Source of the DNA: Candidatus Elulimicrobiales bacterium
GTDB lineage: Bacteria > Patescibacteriota > Minisyncoccia > Phycocordibacterales > UBA5272
DNA: 64,000 nucleotides
Direction: 5' to 3'
NCBI GenBank assembly: GCA_034927475.1
Contig: JAYFPW010000002.1
Location: forward strand, 117,003-181,002
Of this stretch, positions 38,013 through 47,130 are shown in pieces. Within the stretch, counting starts at the first letter, position 1, and each line of letters opens with the position of its first letter. A program made the translations under genes and the position numbers. The notes beneath the pieces were generated by a model. The model did not search any database, was not told where the DNA came from, and saw nothing but the letters and a program-made list of their open reading frames with translations.

Positions 38013-38170
38013 TTTCTTCTATTTTTTATTTTTTAATGAACTAATATGAATTTATATTTATATTTTATATTTATTTTAAAATAAAAAAGAGTCTTTAGAC
38101 TCTTTAAAATATCAAAACCACTAAAATTAAAATACTATAAATATCGAAAAAAATCAAGAGTAAAAAATTG

Positions 38171-38243
38171 TGGACCCTAGCGGATTCGAACCGCTCACCT
38201 CCGGAGTGCAAAACCGGCGCTCTACCAAATGAGCTAAGGGCCC
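38171..38243 (-). tRNA. tRNA-Ala (anticodon UGC)
   Basis: Acceptor GGGCCCT/AGGGTCC with the diagnostic G3:U70 pair, anticodon loop TTTGCAC, T loop TTCGAAT. Confidence 0.85.
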
Positions 38244-38305
38244 AATTCAAAACGAAGATTATTATAGCATAAGAACCTAATTTTTAAAAGATTTAAAAAT
38301 CGTTT

Positions 38306-38382
38306 TGGAGGTGCGAGCGGGATTCGAACCCGCGAATGGCGGTTTTGCAAACCGCAGCGTTGAGCCACTTCGCCATCGCACC
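38306..38382 (-). tRNA. tRNA-Cys (anticodon GCA)
   Basis: Acceptor GGTGCGA/TCGCACC, anticodon stem GCGGT/ACCGC with loop TTGCAAA. CCA is encoded. Confidence 0.85.
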
Positions 38383-38457
38383 AGTTGAAATATTTTAGCA
38401 TAAAAAATAGATATTTAAAATTTAAAAAAAATATGCTAAAATACTTTTACGCAAAAT

Positions 38458-38539
38458 GCTCGGGTGGTGGAATCGGTATACACGAAAGACTTAAAATCTT
38501 TTGCCTCACGGCTTGCGGGTTCAAGTCCCGCCCCGAGCA
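38458..38539 (+). tRNA. tRNA-Leu (anticodon UAA), type II with a long variable arm
   Basis: Acceptor GCTCGGG/CCCGAGC, anticodon stem AAAGA/TCTTT with loop CTTAAAA, variable arm TGCCTCACGGCTTGC, T arm GCGGG-TTCAAGT-CCCGC. Its 3-prime end lies 3 nt before the uppP ATG. Confidence 0.85.
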
Positions 38540-38542
38540 CAT

Positions 38543-39364
38543 ATGAATATTATTCACTCAATAATTTTGGGGTTAGTTGAAGGTATAACTGAGTTTTTAC
38601 CAATCTCTTCAACCGGACACCTTATTCTAACTTCTTATTTACTAAAGCTCCCTAGCACTGAAGCTTTAAAAAGTTTTTTAATAGTTATACAACTTGGAGC
38701 AATTTTAGCTGTACTCGTTTTATATATTAAAGAATTATTTAATTTAGAAACTATTAAAAAATTAATTATTGCTTTTATACCAACAGGTCTAATAGGTCTA
38801 ACTTTATATAAATTAGTCAAAGGATATTTAATGGATAATATTTTGGTAGTAATAATCTCTTTACTCTTGGGAGGTATTGCTATGATTTTAATAGAAAGAA
38901 ATTATATTAAAAAAAACAAATATACCCATCCGGAATTTGATAAAAAACTAATAGATAATAAAAATAAAGATTTAAATATAAAAGAAATATCTTACAAAAA
39001 AGCTTTTTTCTTAGGCCTTTGGCAAAGTGTAGCCATGATTCCTGGAGTTTCTAGAAGCGGCGCTACTGTAATCGGTGGACTTTTAATGAATTTAAAAAGA
39101 GAAACAATAGTAAAATTTTCATTTCTTTTAGCAATACCTACAATGCTTGGAGCTTCAGTTTTAGATCTCTATAAAAGCTATCAGCATTTTTCTTCTGCTG
39201 ATATTTTAAATATTAGTATTGGATTTATTGTTTCATTTGTTTTTGCTTTAATTTTTATAAAATGGTTACTCTCTTATATTCAAAAACATAATTTCATTCC
39301 TTTCGGATGGTATAGAATTATCCTAGCTTTAGTTTTCTTTTTGGTATTTTTTATAATTTCATAA
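38543..39364 (+). CDS. uppP: Undecaprenyl-diphosphatase (BacA/UppP)
   Basis: The start is assigned to the internal Met (MNIIHSIILGLVEGITEFLPISSTGHLIL), because the longer ORF overlaps tRNA-Leu. ...PGVSRSGATV.. is the second conserved UppP motif. It has 8 TM helices. Confidence 0.85.
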   Translation: MNIIHSIILGLVEGITEFLPISSTGHLILTSYLLKLPSTEALKSFLIVIQLGAILAVLVLYIKELFNLETIKKLIIAFIPTGLIGLTLYKLVKGYLMDNILVVIISLLLGGIAMILIERNYIKKNKYTHPEFDKKLIDNKNKDLNIKEISYKKAFFLGLWQSVAMIPGVSRSGATVIGGLLMNLKRETIVKFSFLLAIPTMLGASVLDLYKSYQHFSSADILNISIGFIVSFVFALIFIKWLLSYIQKHNFIPFGWYRIILALVFFLVFFIIS

Positions 39365-39366
39365 AA

Positions 39367-39500
39367 TAAAAAACCCTGTGGCGACAGGTACTCGATGCGA
39401 CAACATTTATTCTACGAATTAATGTTGTGGATCTTTCGGTGTGGCCGACTAGGGTTTTAGGTTGCGCGTTGAGAGCTTTGGGCTTTTTTAGAATCAACAT
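39367..39500 (+). ncRNA. Candidate structured RNA / regulatory element (GC-rich, about 42% GC against a roughly 28% background)
   Basis: AAAACCCT (39367-39374) can pair with AGGGTTTT about 80 nt downstream. Inside this is a perfect 8-bp hairpin ACAACATT/AATGTTGT, and the motif GTGGCGAC / GATGCGAC / GTGGCCGAC occurs three times. A GGGCTTTTTT tail follows. No protein-coding potential was found. The identity is unknown; it is not SRP-, tmRNA- or RNase P-like by the conserved motifs I know. Confidence 0.25.
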
Positions 39501-39672
39501 TAACATTCAAATTTGAAAGTAATGTATTCCCCTCATATCCATATTACACGCTGATCTCTTTTAGAGAACTTTTGACTGATTTAAATCTAGCATATCATTA
39601 TTTTTTTTGCAAGTTTTTTATTAAAGCTATTTTTTTCTATGTTATAATCTTAAAAAGAAATAGCTATTATTT

Positions 39673-42045
39673 ATGTATCTGAAATCTGTCAGCATGCAAG
39701 GTTTTAAGAGCTTTGCAAAAAAAATAAATATTGATTTAACTGCCCCAGTAACAGGTGTTGTTGGTCCAAATGGCTCAGGAAAATCCAATGTAGCAGAAGC
39801 TATACGTTTTGTACTTGGAGAACAAAGTATGAAAGGACTTCGCTCTAAAAGTGGAAGTGATTTAATTTTTAAAGGCTCTTCAAAATTATCCCCTTTGTCA
39901 CGCGCTAGTGTTTCAATGTATTTGGATAATAGCTCAAAAAAGATAGATGAAAAAATAATTAACTCTAATACTGAATCGAGTTCCGCTTTATCGAATTTTA
40001 TTACTTTAGATGAAATAATTTTAACTCGTGAAATTTATTCAGACGGCACTAGTGAATATTTAATAAATGATACAAAAGTTAGATTAAAAGATGTACAAGA
40101 ATTGTTGGCGATGGCAAATATTTCTGCAGCAGGACACACAATAGTTAATCAAGGAGAAGCAGACAGAATTCTTTTGTCTAATAATTTTGAAAGGAGAGAA
40201 ATGATCGAAGACGCTCTAGGGTTAAGAATATATCAAATGCGTATTAAAGAAGGAGAAAGAAAATTGGAAAAAGTAAAAATTCACCTTAATCAAATTGCGG
40301 GAATGAGAAGAGAAAATCTCCCCCACCTTAATTATCTTAAAAAACAAGTCAAAGAATTAGAAAAAAGAGAAGAAGAAATTGGTTTTATAGATGAAATGTT
40401 AAAAGTTTATCTTTATAAGGAAAATATCGAGATAGAAAGAAAGAAAAAAGAAATCCCGCAAAATGGTGTTGGTGGGCAAATTGATGCACTAGAAACAGAG
40501 CTTCACACTTTAGTTGATGCAAAAAGGGAAACGGAAAGAAGATTGTCTGAAGAACAAAATGATAATGAAAATCTAAACCTTGTCTCAAATGAATTAAAAC
40601 ATATAGAAGAAGAGCTTAAACGTTTTTCAGAAGAAAGAGAAAATGTTTATAAAGAAATTGTAAATTTAGAATTGGAAATAAAATTTTTAGAAAGAAAGCA
40701 AGAAGAAATTAAAAATCAAAAGAATATTTCAGAAGTGGTAGAAGATATAAAAAATTATTTTATAAATAGAGAAGAATTTCACGCTTTCGAAGGAAATCGT
40801 AACATTCTTTGGCAAAATATTTTTGAACTTTACAATTCTCAAAATTATTCTGAATTAAATTCGGAGCTACAAAAAGCAAATTCTGAAGAAAAAGATTTTT
40901 TCATAAAATTAAAAAATGAGACACAAGTAGAAGAATTTCCTAATTCCCCTATTCAGAATTTTTCAAATGAAATAAAAAATCTTGAAGATAAATTATTTGA
41001 AAAGAAAAATTCTTTAGAAATACTAGATACTAGAAAAAATGAAATTAGTACTAGAAGAGAAGAAAAAGTAAAAGAGCTAAATAATTTAGAAAAAGAAGCA
41101 AATGAAAATACTTATAAACTTGATAATAAGATCCTACAATTCAAATTAGATTTAGAAAAACTTTATTCTCAAAAAGAAAATATTCGAATGAAAGAAGAGA
41201 GTTTAAATACTCAGGAACAAAATTTTGAAACTCTTATTCAGGAAATGAGTAGTTTAATAGGAAATAAAGTTTTTGATTATAAAAACTTTAACGAAAATAA
41301 TATACCGCCTGAGGAGAAAGAGCTTTTCGATCTCTCACAAATTGACCTAGGAAGAAAATTAGAAAGAAGTAGAATTCGTATTGAAGAAAGCGGTGTAATC
41401 AATGCGAAAGATATTTTAGACGAATATAATCATCTCTCTGAAAGAGATAGCTTCTTAGCTGGAGAAATTGAAGATTTAGAAAATTCTCAAAATAATCTCG
41501 AGGCTTTAATTAAAGAATTAAAAGATACCCTTTTAAGTGACTTTAATATTGGTCTTCAAAAAATCAATGCAAATTTTAATAATTATTTCAACGAAATCTT
41601 TCCAGGTGGAAAAGCTTCACTCTCTTTGGAGAAAATCTCAAAACCAATTGTGGAAGGAATTAATTTGGAAGAAGCGGAAGAAGTTAAAGAACCAGGAATA
41701 GAAATCTCTATAAACTTACCAGAAAAGAAAATTAAAGATTTACAAATGCTTTCCGGCGGAGAAAGAGCACTCTCCTCTATTGCTTTAATTTTTGCCATGA
41801 GCTCTATTAATCATCCTCCTTTTATGGTGTTAGATGAGACAGATGCAGCTCTTGATGAATCTAACGCCAGAAAATATGGAAAAATGGTTAGACGTTTAGC
41901 TGAAAAATCTAAACTTCTTGTTATCACTCACAACAGAGAAACTATGAATCAATGTGATGTTTTATATGGGGTCACTATTGGCTCTGAAGGATCTTCCAAA
42001 CTTCTTTCTATTAAATTTGATCAAGCGACAGAATACGCGAAATAA
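39673..42045 (+). CDS. smc: SMC-family chromosome-partition ATPase, a short form (790 aa) with no recognisable hinge domain
   Basis: The N-terminal head FKSFAKK..GVVGPNGSGKSNVAEAIRFVLGEQS. The C-terminal head LSGGERALSSIALIFAM (signature), the Walker B motif MVLDETDAALDE, and the D-loop. The middle 470 aa is coiled-coil-like, lacking both the Gly-rich hinge and a CxxC hook. Confidence 0.75.
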   Translation: MYLKSVSMQGFKSFAKKINIDLTAPVTGVVGPNGSGKSNVAEAIRFVLGEQSMKGLRSKSGSDLIFKGSSKLSPLSRASVSMYLDNSSKKIDEKIINSNTESSSALSNFITLDEIILTREIYSDGTSEYLINDTKVRLKDVQELLAMANISAAGHTIVNQGEADRILLSNNFERREMIEDALGLRIYQMRIKEGERKLEKVKIHLNQIAGMRRENLPHLNYLKKQVKELEKREEEIGFIDEMLKVYLYKENIEIERKKKEIPQNGVGGQIDALETELHTLVDAKRETERRLSEEQNDNENLNLVSNELKHIEEELKRFSEERENVYKEIVNLELEIKFLERKQEEIKNQKNISEVVEDIKNYFINREEFHAFEGNRNILWQNIFELYNSQNYSELNSELQKANSEEKDFFIKLKNETQVEEFPNSPIQNFSNEIKNLEDKLFEKKNSLEILDTRKNEISTRREEKVKELNNLEKEANENTYKLDNKILQFKLDLEKLYSQKENIRMKEESLNTQEQNFETLIQEMSSLIGNKVFDYKNFNENNIPPEEKELFDLSQIDLGRKLERSRIRIEESGVINAKDILDEYNHLSERDSFLAGEIEDLENSQNNLEALIKELKDTLLSDFNIGLQKINANFNNYFNEIFPGGKASLSLEKISKPIVEGINLEEAEEVKEPGIEISINLPEKKIKDLQMLSGGERALSSIALIFAMSSINHPPFMVLDETDAALDESNARKYGKMVRRLAEKSKLLVITHNRETMNQCDVLYGVTIGSEGSSKLLSIKFDQATEYAK

Positions 42046-42062
42046 AGGTATAATTTATATAC

Positions 42063-42347
42063 ATGAAAACAACAGCTTTAATATTAAATATAATAAATTC
42101 TATATTATTAACACCAATAATAATTATGTTTCTTTTAATGCCTGTTCTTAATATGATTCTAGGAATAATATTATTAGGTCTTATAATTATTTCCTGGATA
42201 AGCTATAAAAAACATTCTTATATTTTTCCTATTGTATTTTCTTCTTTAACAATACTTTCTTTTATTATTTTTTTTACGAATCTGTTATTTTTCTCTAATG
42301 ATTTATTACCTTATCCAAATAATGTAAAACTTAATCTTCCTAGATAA
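42063..42347 (+). CDS. 94-aa small membrane protein (copy 1 of a tandem paralogous pair), ending in ...LPR
   Basis: It has three TM helices, the motif SWISYKK, and the C-terminus PYPNNVKLNLPR. Confidence 0.4.
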   Translation: MKTTALILNIINSILLTPIIIMFLLMPVLNMILGIILLGLIIISWISYKKHSYIFPIVFSSLTILSFIIFFTNLLFFSNDLLPYPNNVKLNLPR

Positions 42348-42396
42348 AAATTTAATTAGATGAAAAAAATAAATAATGGAGGTATAATTTAAATAT

Positions 42397-42744
42397 ATGA
42401 AAAAAGCTTCTAAAATATTAAATGTCTTAGCTACTATTATTTTTATACTAATTTTAGTTATACTATTTTTTATTTCAATGAGTTCTACTGGTGGAACTTT
42501 TAGTTTTACACTAACCACCCTCTCCTTGTTATCTATTTTTAGTGTTTTGATTATTTACTCTTGGTTTATATATAAAAAAGGTAAATATAAATTTACAATG
42601 TTCCTTACTTCTATTTTACTACTCTTAATGATTTCATTAATACTTGATCAGTTTTTAACTCAGACACCCAGAAGTCCTCTTTTTGAATTATTCACTATAG
42701 TTCCCTTCAATGCGCCCATAACCATTCCAAGTCTACCGAGATAA
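42397..42744 (+). CDS. 115-aa small membrane protein (copy 2 of the tandem pair), ending in ...LPR
   Basis: It has three TM helices, the motif SWFIYKK, and the C-terminus PITIPSLPR. Its architecture parallels that of 42063-42347. Confidence 0.4.
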   Translation: MKKASKILNVLATIIFILILVILFFISMSSTGGTFSFTLTTLSLLSIFSVLIIYSWFIYKKGKYKFTMFLTSILLLLMISLILDQFLTQTPRSPLFELFTIVPFNAPITIPSLPR

Positions 42745-42863
42745 ATAAAATTAAAATAATATTTTACAAAAAATTATTTCTAGTATATACTCGTGTGCTA
42801 TAATGACAAACATAATTTTAATTCTTATTTAATTGTGTTTTTATTTTAATCAAAAAATATTTT

Positions 42864-45080
42864 ATGAAATTATTAATCGTAGAATCTCCAAGTAAAGCAA
42901 AAACTATAGAAAAATATTTAGGTAAAGACTATACAGTCCGTGCTTCTGTTGGACATATTCGCGATTTACCAAAATCAAATAAAAAAGCTTTGGATATTGA
43001 AAATGGATTTATACCAAATTATGAAGTTGTTAAAGGAAAAGAAAAAGTAATTTCTGAAATAAAATCTTTATCAAAAAAAGCAGATGAAGTGATTTTAGCG
43101 ACTGACCCCGATCGTGAAGGAGAAGCTATTGCTTGGCATGTCAAAGAAGCTATTGGTCTCAAAAAACCAAAAAGAGCAGTTTTCAATGAAGTTACCAAAG
43201 AAGCAATTCTGGAAGCTCTAAAAAATCCTAGAGATATAGATATGGATCTCAAAGAAGCTCAAGAAGCTAGAAGAGTTCTGGACAGACTCGTAGGTTATGA
43301 ATTATCTGGAATTATTTGGAAAAAAGTTCGTTATGGACTTTCGGCTGGGCGCGTCCAATCCCCCGCACTTCGTATAATAATGGAGCGTGAAAGAGAGATT
43401 CGTAATTTTATTCCTGTAAAATATTTTAATATTGCCGCTGAACTTGAAACCGTTGGAAAATTAAAAGAATCTAAAAAATATAAATTAGTTTTTGATTGTG
43501 AACTCGAACCAGGATTAAAGCCTGAATTAAATTCTGTCGAAGCTGAAGAATTGGCTAAAAAAATTGTAAAAGAAGGAAAAGCTGGAACTTGGTATGTAAA
43601 AGACGTAAAAGAAACTAACGCTAAATCTTCCCCTAAACCTCCTTTTACCACTTCCACATTACAACAAACAGCTTCTAGTCGTCTTGGCTTTGCTCCGAAA
43701 AAGACAATGATGCTAGCTCAAAAGCTATACGAGAAAGGTTATATAACCTATATGCGTACAGATTCGACAAATCTCGCCTCTTCTGCTATCGCTGAAATCT
43801 CTTCTTTTGTTTCAAAAAAATATGGTAAAGATTATCTAGAAACCAGAGCTTACAAAACTAAATCAAAAAATGCTCAAGAGGCACACGAAGCTATTCGCCC
43901 AACCCATATTTCAACTTTAAACGCAGGCACAACTTCTGATGAAAAACGCCTTTATGCTTTAATATGGAATAGAACTGTAGCTTCCCAGATGTCAGATGCA
44001 AAACTTTTACGAACAAAAATAATAGCGAACATCAAAAATAAAAAAGATTATCCGGACTTCTTCATTAATGGCTCTATTGTACTTTTTGACGGTTGGTTAA
44101 AAGTTGATCCTGATGGAAAAGGAGAAGACATTTTACTTCCAAAACTAGAAGTAGAAGACTCTCTAACTTTAAATACTATTAATAGTATTTCCAAAGAAAC
44201 TTTACCACCTGGTAGATACAGTGAAGCTAGTCTTATTAAAGAATTAGAAAAAAGAGATATTGGGCGCCCTTCTACTTATGCCTCGATTGTTTCTACGATT
44301 GAAGATAGAGGTTATGTTGAAAAAATTAATAAAGCTTTGATTCCAACAGATACCGGTGAAGTTGTTTCAGATTTTTTGGAGCAAAACTTTGCTAAATATA
44401 TTTCAGATGATTTTACTTCTGAAATGGAAGATGACTTAGATAAAATCGCTGAAGGCAAATTAACTTACAAAAAACTTTTAACAGATTTTTATAAACCTTT
44501 TCAAAAAGAAATAAAAGAAAAAGATAAGTTAGAAAAAACAAATAATTTTGGAGAAGCGCCAAAAGATATTAAATGTCCAGTTTGTAATTCCAAAATGATT
44601 GTTAAACTTTCTCGTAGCGGAAAATTCTATTCTTGTTCAAAATTCCCTGATTGTTCTGGAGCTAGAACTTTAGAAGGAGAAATAATGGAAGGCCCAAAAG
44701 AAACTGGAAAAATTTGTCCAAAATGTGAAAAAGGAAAACTTATAGAAAGAACTGGTAGATATGGAAAGTTTATAGCTTGCGCAAATTATCCTAAATGTAA
44801 ATATATTGAAGTTTCTGAGGAAGAAAAACAAAAGAAAAATACTGGTGTAAAGTGCAATAAATGTGATGACGGATATTTAGAAGAAAGAAGAGGTAGATTT
44901 GGAGTATTTTATTCTTGTTCAAATTATCCAGATTGTAAATTGGCTATTAAAGCAAAACCGACTGGCAATTATTGTAATATGTGTGGAGAGCTTATGATGG
45001 AAGGAACAAAAACTATTCCAGAAAGATGCTCTAGTAAAACCTGTCCAAATCATAATCCTCACAAATTGAATAAAAAATAA
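42864..45080 (+). CDS. topA: DNA topoisomerase I with three C-terminal C4 zinc-ribbon repeats
   Basis: The Toprim region LLIVESPSKAKTIEKYLG...ATDPDREGE, active-site Tyr region GYITYMRTDST, and the zinc ribbons CPVCNS...CSKFPDC, CPKCEKG...CANYPKC, CNKCDDG...CSNYPDC. Confidence 0.9.
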   Translation: MKLLIVESPSKAKTIEKYLGKDYTVRASVGHIRDLPKSNKKALDIENGFIPNYEVVKGKEKVISEIKSLSKKADEVILATDPDREGEAIAWHVKEAIGLKKPKRAVFNEVTKEAILEALKNPRDIDMDLKEAQEARRVLDRLVGYELSGIIWKKVRYGLSAGRVQSPALRIIMEREREIRNFIPVKYFNIAAELETVGKLKESKKYKLVFDCELEPGLKPELNSVEAEELAKKIVKEGKAGTWYVKDVKETNAKSSPKPPFTTSTLQQTASSRLGFAPKKTMMLAQKLYEKGYITYMRTDSTNLASSAIAEISSFVSKKYGKDYLETRAYKTKSKNAQEAHEAIRPTHISTLNAGTTSDEKRLYALIWNRTVASQMSDAKLLRTKIIANIKNKKDYPDFFINGSIVLFDGWLKVDPDGKGEDILLPKLEVEDSLTLNTINSISKETLPPGRYSEASLIKELEKRDIGRPSTYASIVSTIEDRGYVEKINKALIPTDTGEVVSDFLEQNFAKYISDDFTSEMEDDLDKIAEGKLTYKKLLTDFYKPFQKEIKEKDKLEKTNNFGEAPKDIKCPVCNSKMIVKLSRSGKFYSCSKFPDCSGARTLEGEIMEGPKETGKICPKCEKGKLIERTGRYGKFIACANYPKCKYIEVSEEEKQKKNTGVKCNKCDDGYLEERRGRFGVFYSCSNYPDCKLAIKAKPTGNYCNMCGELMMEGTKTIPERCSSKTCPNHNPHKLNKK

Positions 45081-45084
45081 AAAA

Positions 45085-45109
45085 ATCGCCACTAACTCGT
45101 AGTGGCGAT
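45085..45109. terminator. Bidirectional hairpin terminator
   Basis: A perfect ATCGCCACTA / TAGTGGCGAT stem with loop ACTCG. An A-run lies upstream and a T-run lies on the minus side. Confidence 0.55.
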
Positions 45110-45124
45110 AAATCTTTATAAGAT

Positions 45125-45463
45125 TTATTTTTCTTTTGGTTTAAAAAAACCATTTACAGGAGCCTTGCCGTTACGCAGAAGAATACTATCACACTCTTTT
45201 GCTAATTTTTTACAATCTCCACTGACCATAAAAACTAACAACTCAGGAATATCAAGCAAAAATTTTTGCTGGCCTTTCCAGATAACAAAAAAAACATTTT
45301 GAAACTCTGTCTCCTTTTTAAAGGAGAGGCATCTCTTAATCCATTTTTTGTCATACGTTTGTAGGGTATGATCTCCCGGCTGACTGTTGTTTAAAACAAT
45401 ATCTCCAAAAACATTTGTTTCAGAGATCTCCTGTTCAGTTAATTTGTCTCTTGTAGTACACAT
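45125..45463 (-). CDS. Hypothetical 112-aa protein
   Basis: An ORF-track ORF between topA and the rel gene. It shows weak, unconvincing resemblance to YjbR-like small DNA-binding proteins. Confidence 0.35.
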   Translation of the reverse strand: MCTTRDKLTEQEISETNVFGDIVLNNSQPGDHTLQTYDKKWIKRCLSFKKETEFQNVFFVIWKGQQKFLLDIPELLVFMVSGDCKKLAKECDSILLRNGKAPVNGFFKPKEK

Positions 45464-45606
45464 TTTTAAAACTAGTTTTAGATGAACAAAAAAATTTTCT
45501 TTAAAGAACGTCTAAAAAATATAACAAAATAGGCCTTATTTGTCAAGCTTATTTTTAATACTTAATAATACATTCTAAATTCATAAAAATACCTTTTAAT
45601 GTTAAA

Positions 45607-47130
45607 ATGGTTTCAATGGAAGAAAATAAAGAAATATCTAATCCTCAAAAAGAAAAATATCTCTTAGAAGATATTTTTGAGGCTGTTCCTAAAGAAAAAG
45701 CTTTAGAAAAAGAAGACAAAATTTTGATAGAAAAAGCCTTTGAATTCGCTAAAAAAGCTCATGAAGGACATTTAAGAAAATCTGGTGAACCTTATTTTGT
45801 TCACTGTGTAGAGACAGCAAAAAATATAGCTAGACAAAATATGGATGTAAATACTATTGCTGCTGGACTACTTCACGACACTTTAGAGGATGTAGATGTT
45901 TCAGAAGAAATTTTAAAAGAAGAGTTTGGTGACGAAATTTTAACTTTAGTGCAAGGAGTTTCTAAACTTGGAACTATTAAATATAAAGGAGTTGAAAGAC
46001 ATGCTGAAAGTATGAGAAAATTCTTTGTTGCCTTAGCTGATGATATTCGAGTAGTGGTTATTAAACTTTGCGACAGACTTCATAATGTTTCTACATTGCA
46101 ATACATAGAAGAAGAAAAAAGAAAAAGATTAGCTATAGAAACTTTAGAAATTCACGCTCGCCTCGCCGATCGCATTGGTATGGGAAAATTAAAAGGAGAA
46201 TTAGAAGATGAAGCTTTTCCTTATGCTTATCCAGATGATTTTGAAAAAGTAAAAGAAATGTTTGATTCTGTAAGTACAGCTTCTGAAGATTATCTTTTAA
46301 AGATCTTAACCCGAGTTAAAGATGAATTATCAATCTTTGATATAAAATATTTAAAAATAGATCATCGATTAAAACATTTATATTCCCTTTATGAAAAACT
46401 TAAAAAACATAGCTGGGATATACAAAAGATTTATGATATTGCTGCCATGAGAATTATTGTAGAAGACGTCGGAACTTGTTATCAAGCTTTAGGAGTAATT
46501 CATGGGCTATATAGACCTGTTCCTGGGAGGTTTAAAGATTATATTGCTTTACCAAAACCAAACGGCTATCAATCTTTGCATACTACAGTTTTTGATGGTG
46601 AAGGTGGAACTTTTGAAGTGCAAATTAGAACTTTACAAATGCATGAAGAGGCAGAATATGGTATCGCTTCTCACTTAGCTTATAAAGAAGTTGGTGATTC
46701 AAAAAAAATAAAAAATAAGCAAGAAAAATCTAAAATGAGTAGTATAAATGAAAAAATAGCTTGGACAAAAGAACTTTTTCAACCGCAAGATATAGATTCA
46801 GAAAATAAAGATTTTATTAAAAATATTAAAGAAGAATTCTTTGATAAGACTTTATTCATTCATACACCCAAAGGTGATGTTATAGAAATGCCAGAAGGTT
46901 CTGGGGTTATAGATTTTGCTTATATGGTTCACTCTGATATTGGTAATCATATTTCCGGAGTTATGGTAAATGGAAAAATGGTTTCTTTAGATACAAAACT
47001 GAAAGACGGAAATATGGTAGAGATTATTACTAAAGAAGACGCAAAACCTGGCCATAAATGGTTAAATTACGCTTCCACTTCACTCGCAAAAAGACATATT
47101 AGAAATTATCTAAAAGAGCACAATTTATAA
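45607..47130 (+). CDS. relA: Bifunctional (p)ppGpp synthetase/hydrolase (RSH: HD + synthetase + TGS), a short 507-aa form lacking the C-terminal regulatory ACT region
   Basis: The HD motif HDTLEDV; the synthetase motifs DIAAMRIIV, YQSLHTTV and EVQIRTLQMHEEAEYG; and the TGS-like C-terminus (GDVIEMPEGSGVIDFAY...). Confidence 0.85.
   Translation: MVSMEENKEISNPQKEKYLLEDIFEAVPKEKALEKEDKILIEKAFEFAKKAHEGHLRKSGEPYFVHCVETAKNIARQNMDVNTIAAGLLHDTLEDVDVSEEILKEEFGDEILTLVQGVSKLGTIKYKGVERHAESMRKFFVALADDIRVVVIKLCDRLHNVSTLQYIEEEKRKRLAIETLEIHARLADRIGMGKLKGELEDEAFPYAYPDDFEKVKEMFDSVSTASEDYLLKILTRVKDELSIFDIKYLKIDHRLKHLYSLYEKLKKHSWDIQKIYDIAAMRIIVEDVGTCYQALGVIHGLYRPVPGRFKDYIALPKPNGYQSLHTTVFDGEGGTFEVQIRTLQMHEEAEYGIASHLAYKEVGDSKKIKNKQEKSKMSSINEKIAWTKELFQPQDIDSENKDFIKNIKEEFFDKTLFIHTPKGDVIEMPEGSGVIDFAYMVHSDIGNHISGVMVNGKMVSLDTKLKDGNMVEIITKEDAKPGHKWLNYASTSLAKRHIRNYLKEHNL

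Noticed and set aside
38501-38542. An N-terminal extension of the uppP ORF (MPHGLRVQVPPRAH...) given by the ORF track
   Set aside because: These codons are the translation of the tRNA-Leu(UAA) gene body. The conserved UppP N-terminus begins at the internal Met (MNIIHSIILGLVEGITEF), so the start was moved to 38543.
39367-39500. Identification of the GC-rich element as SRP RNA, tmRNA, RNase P RNA or 6S RNA
   Set aside because: It lacks the conserved GGAAGCAG (SRP domain IV), the tRNA-like tmRNA ends, and the P4 pseudoknot boxes of RNase P. It is too short for RNase P or tmRNA. It is kept only as an unclassified candidate.
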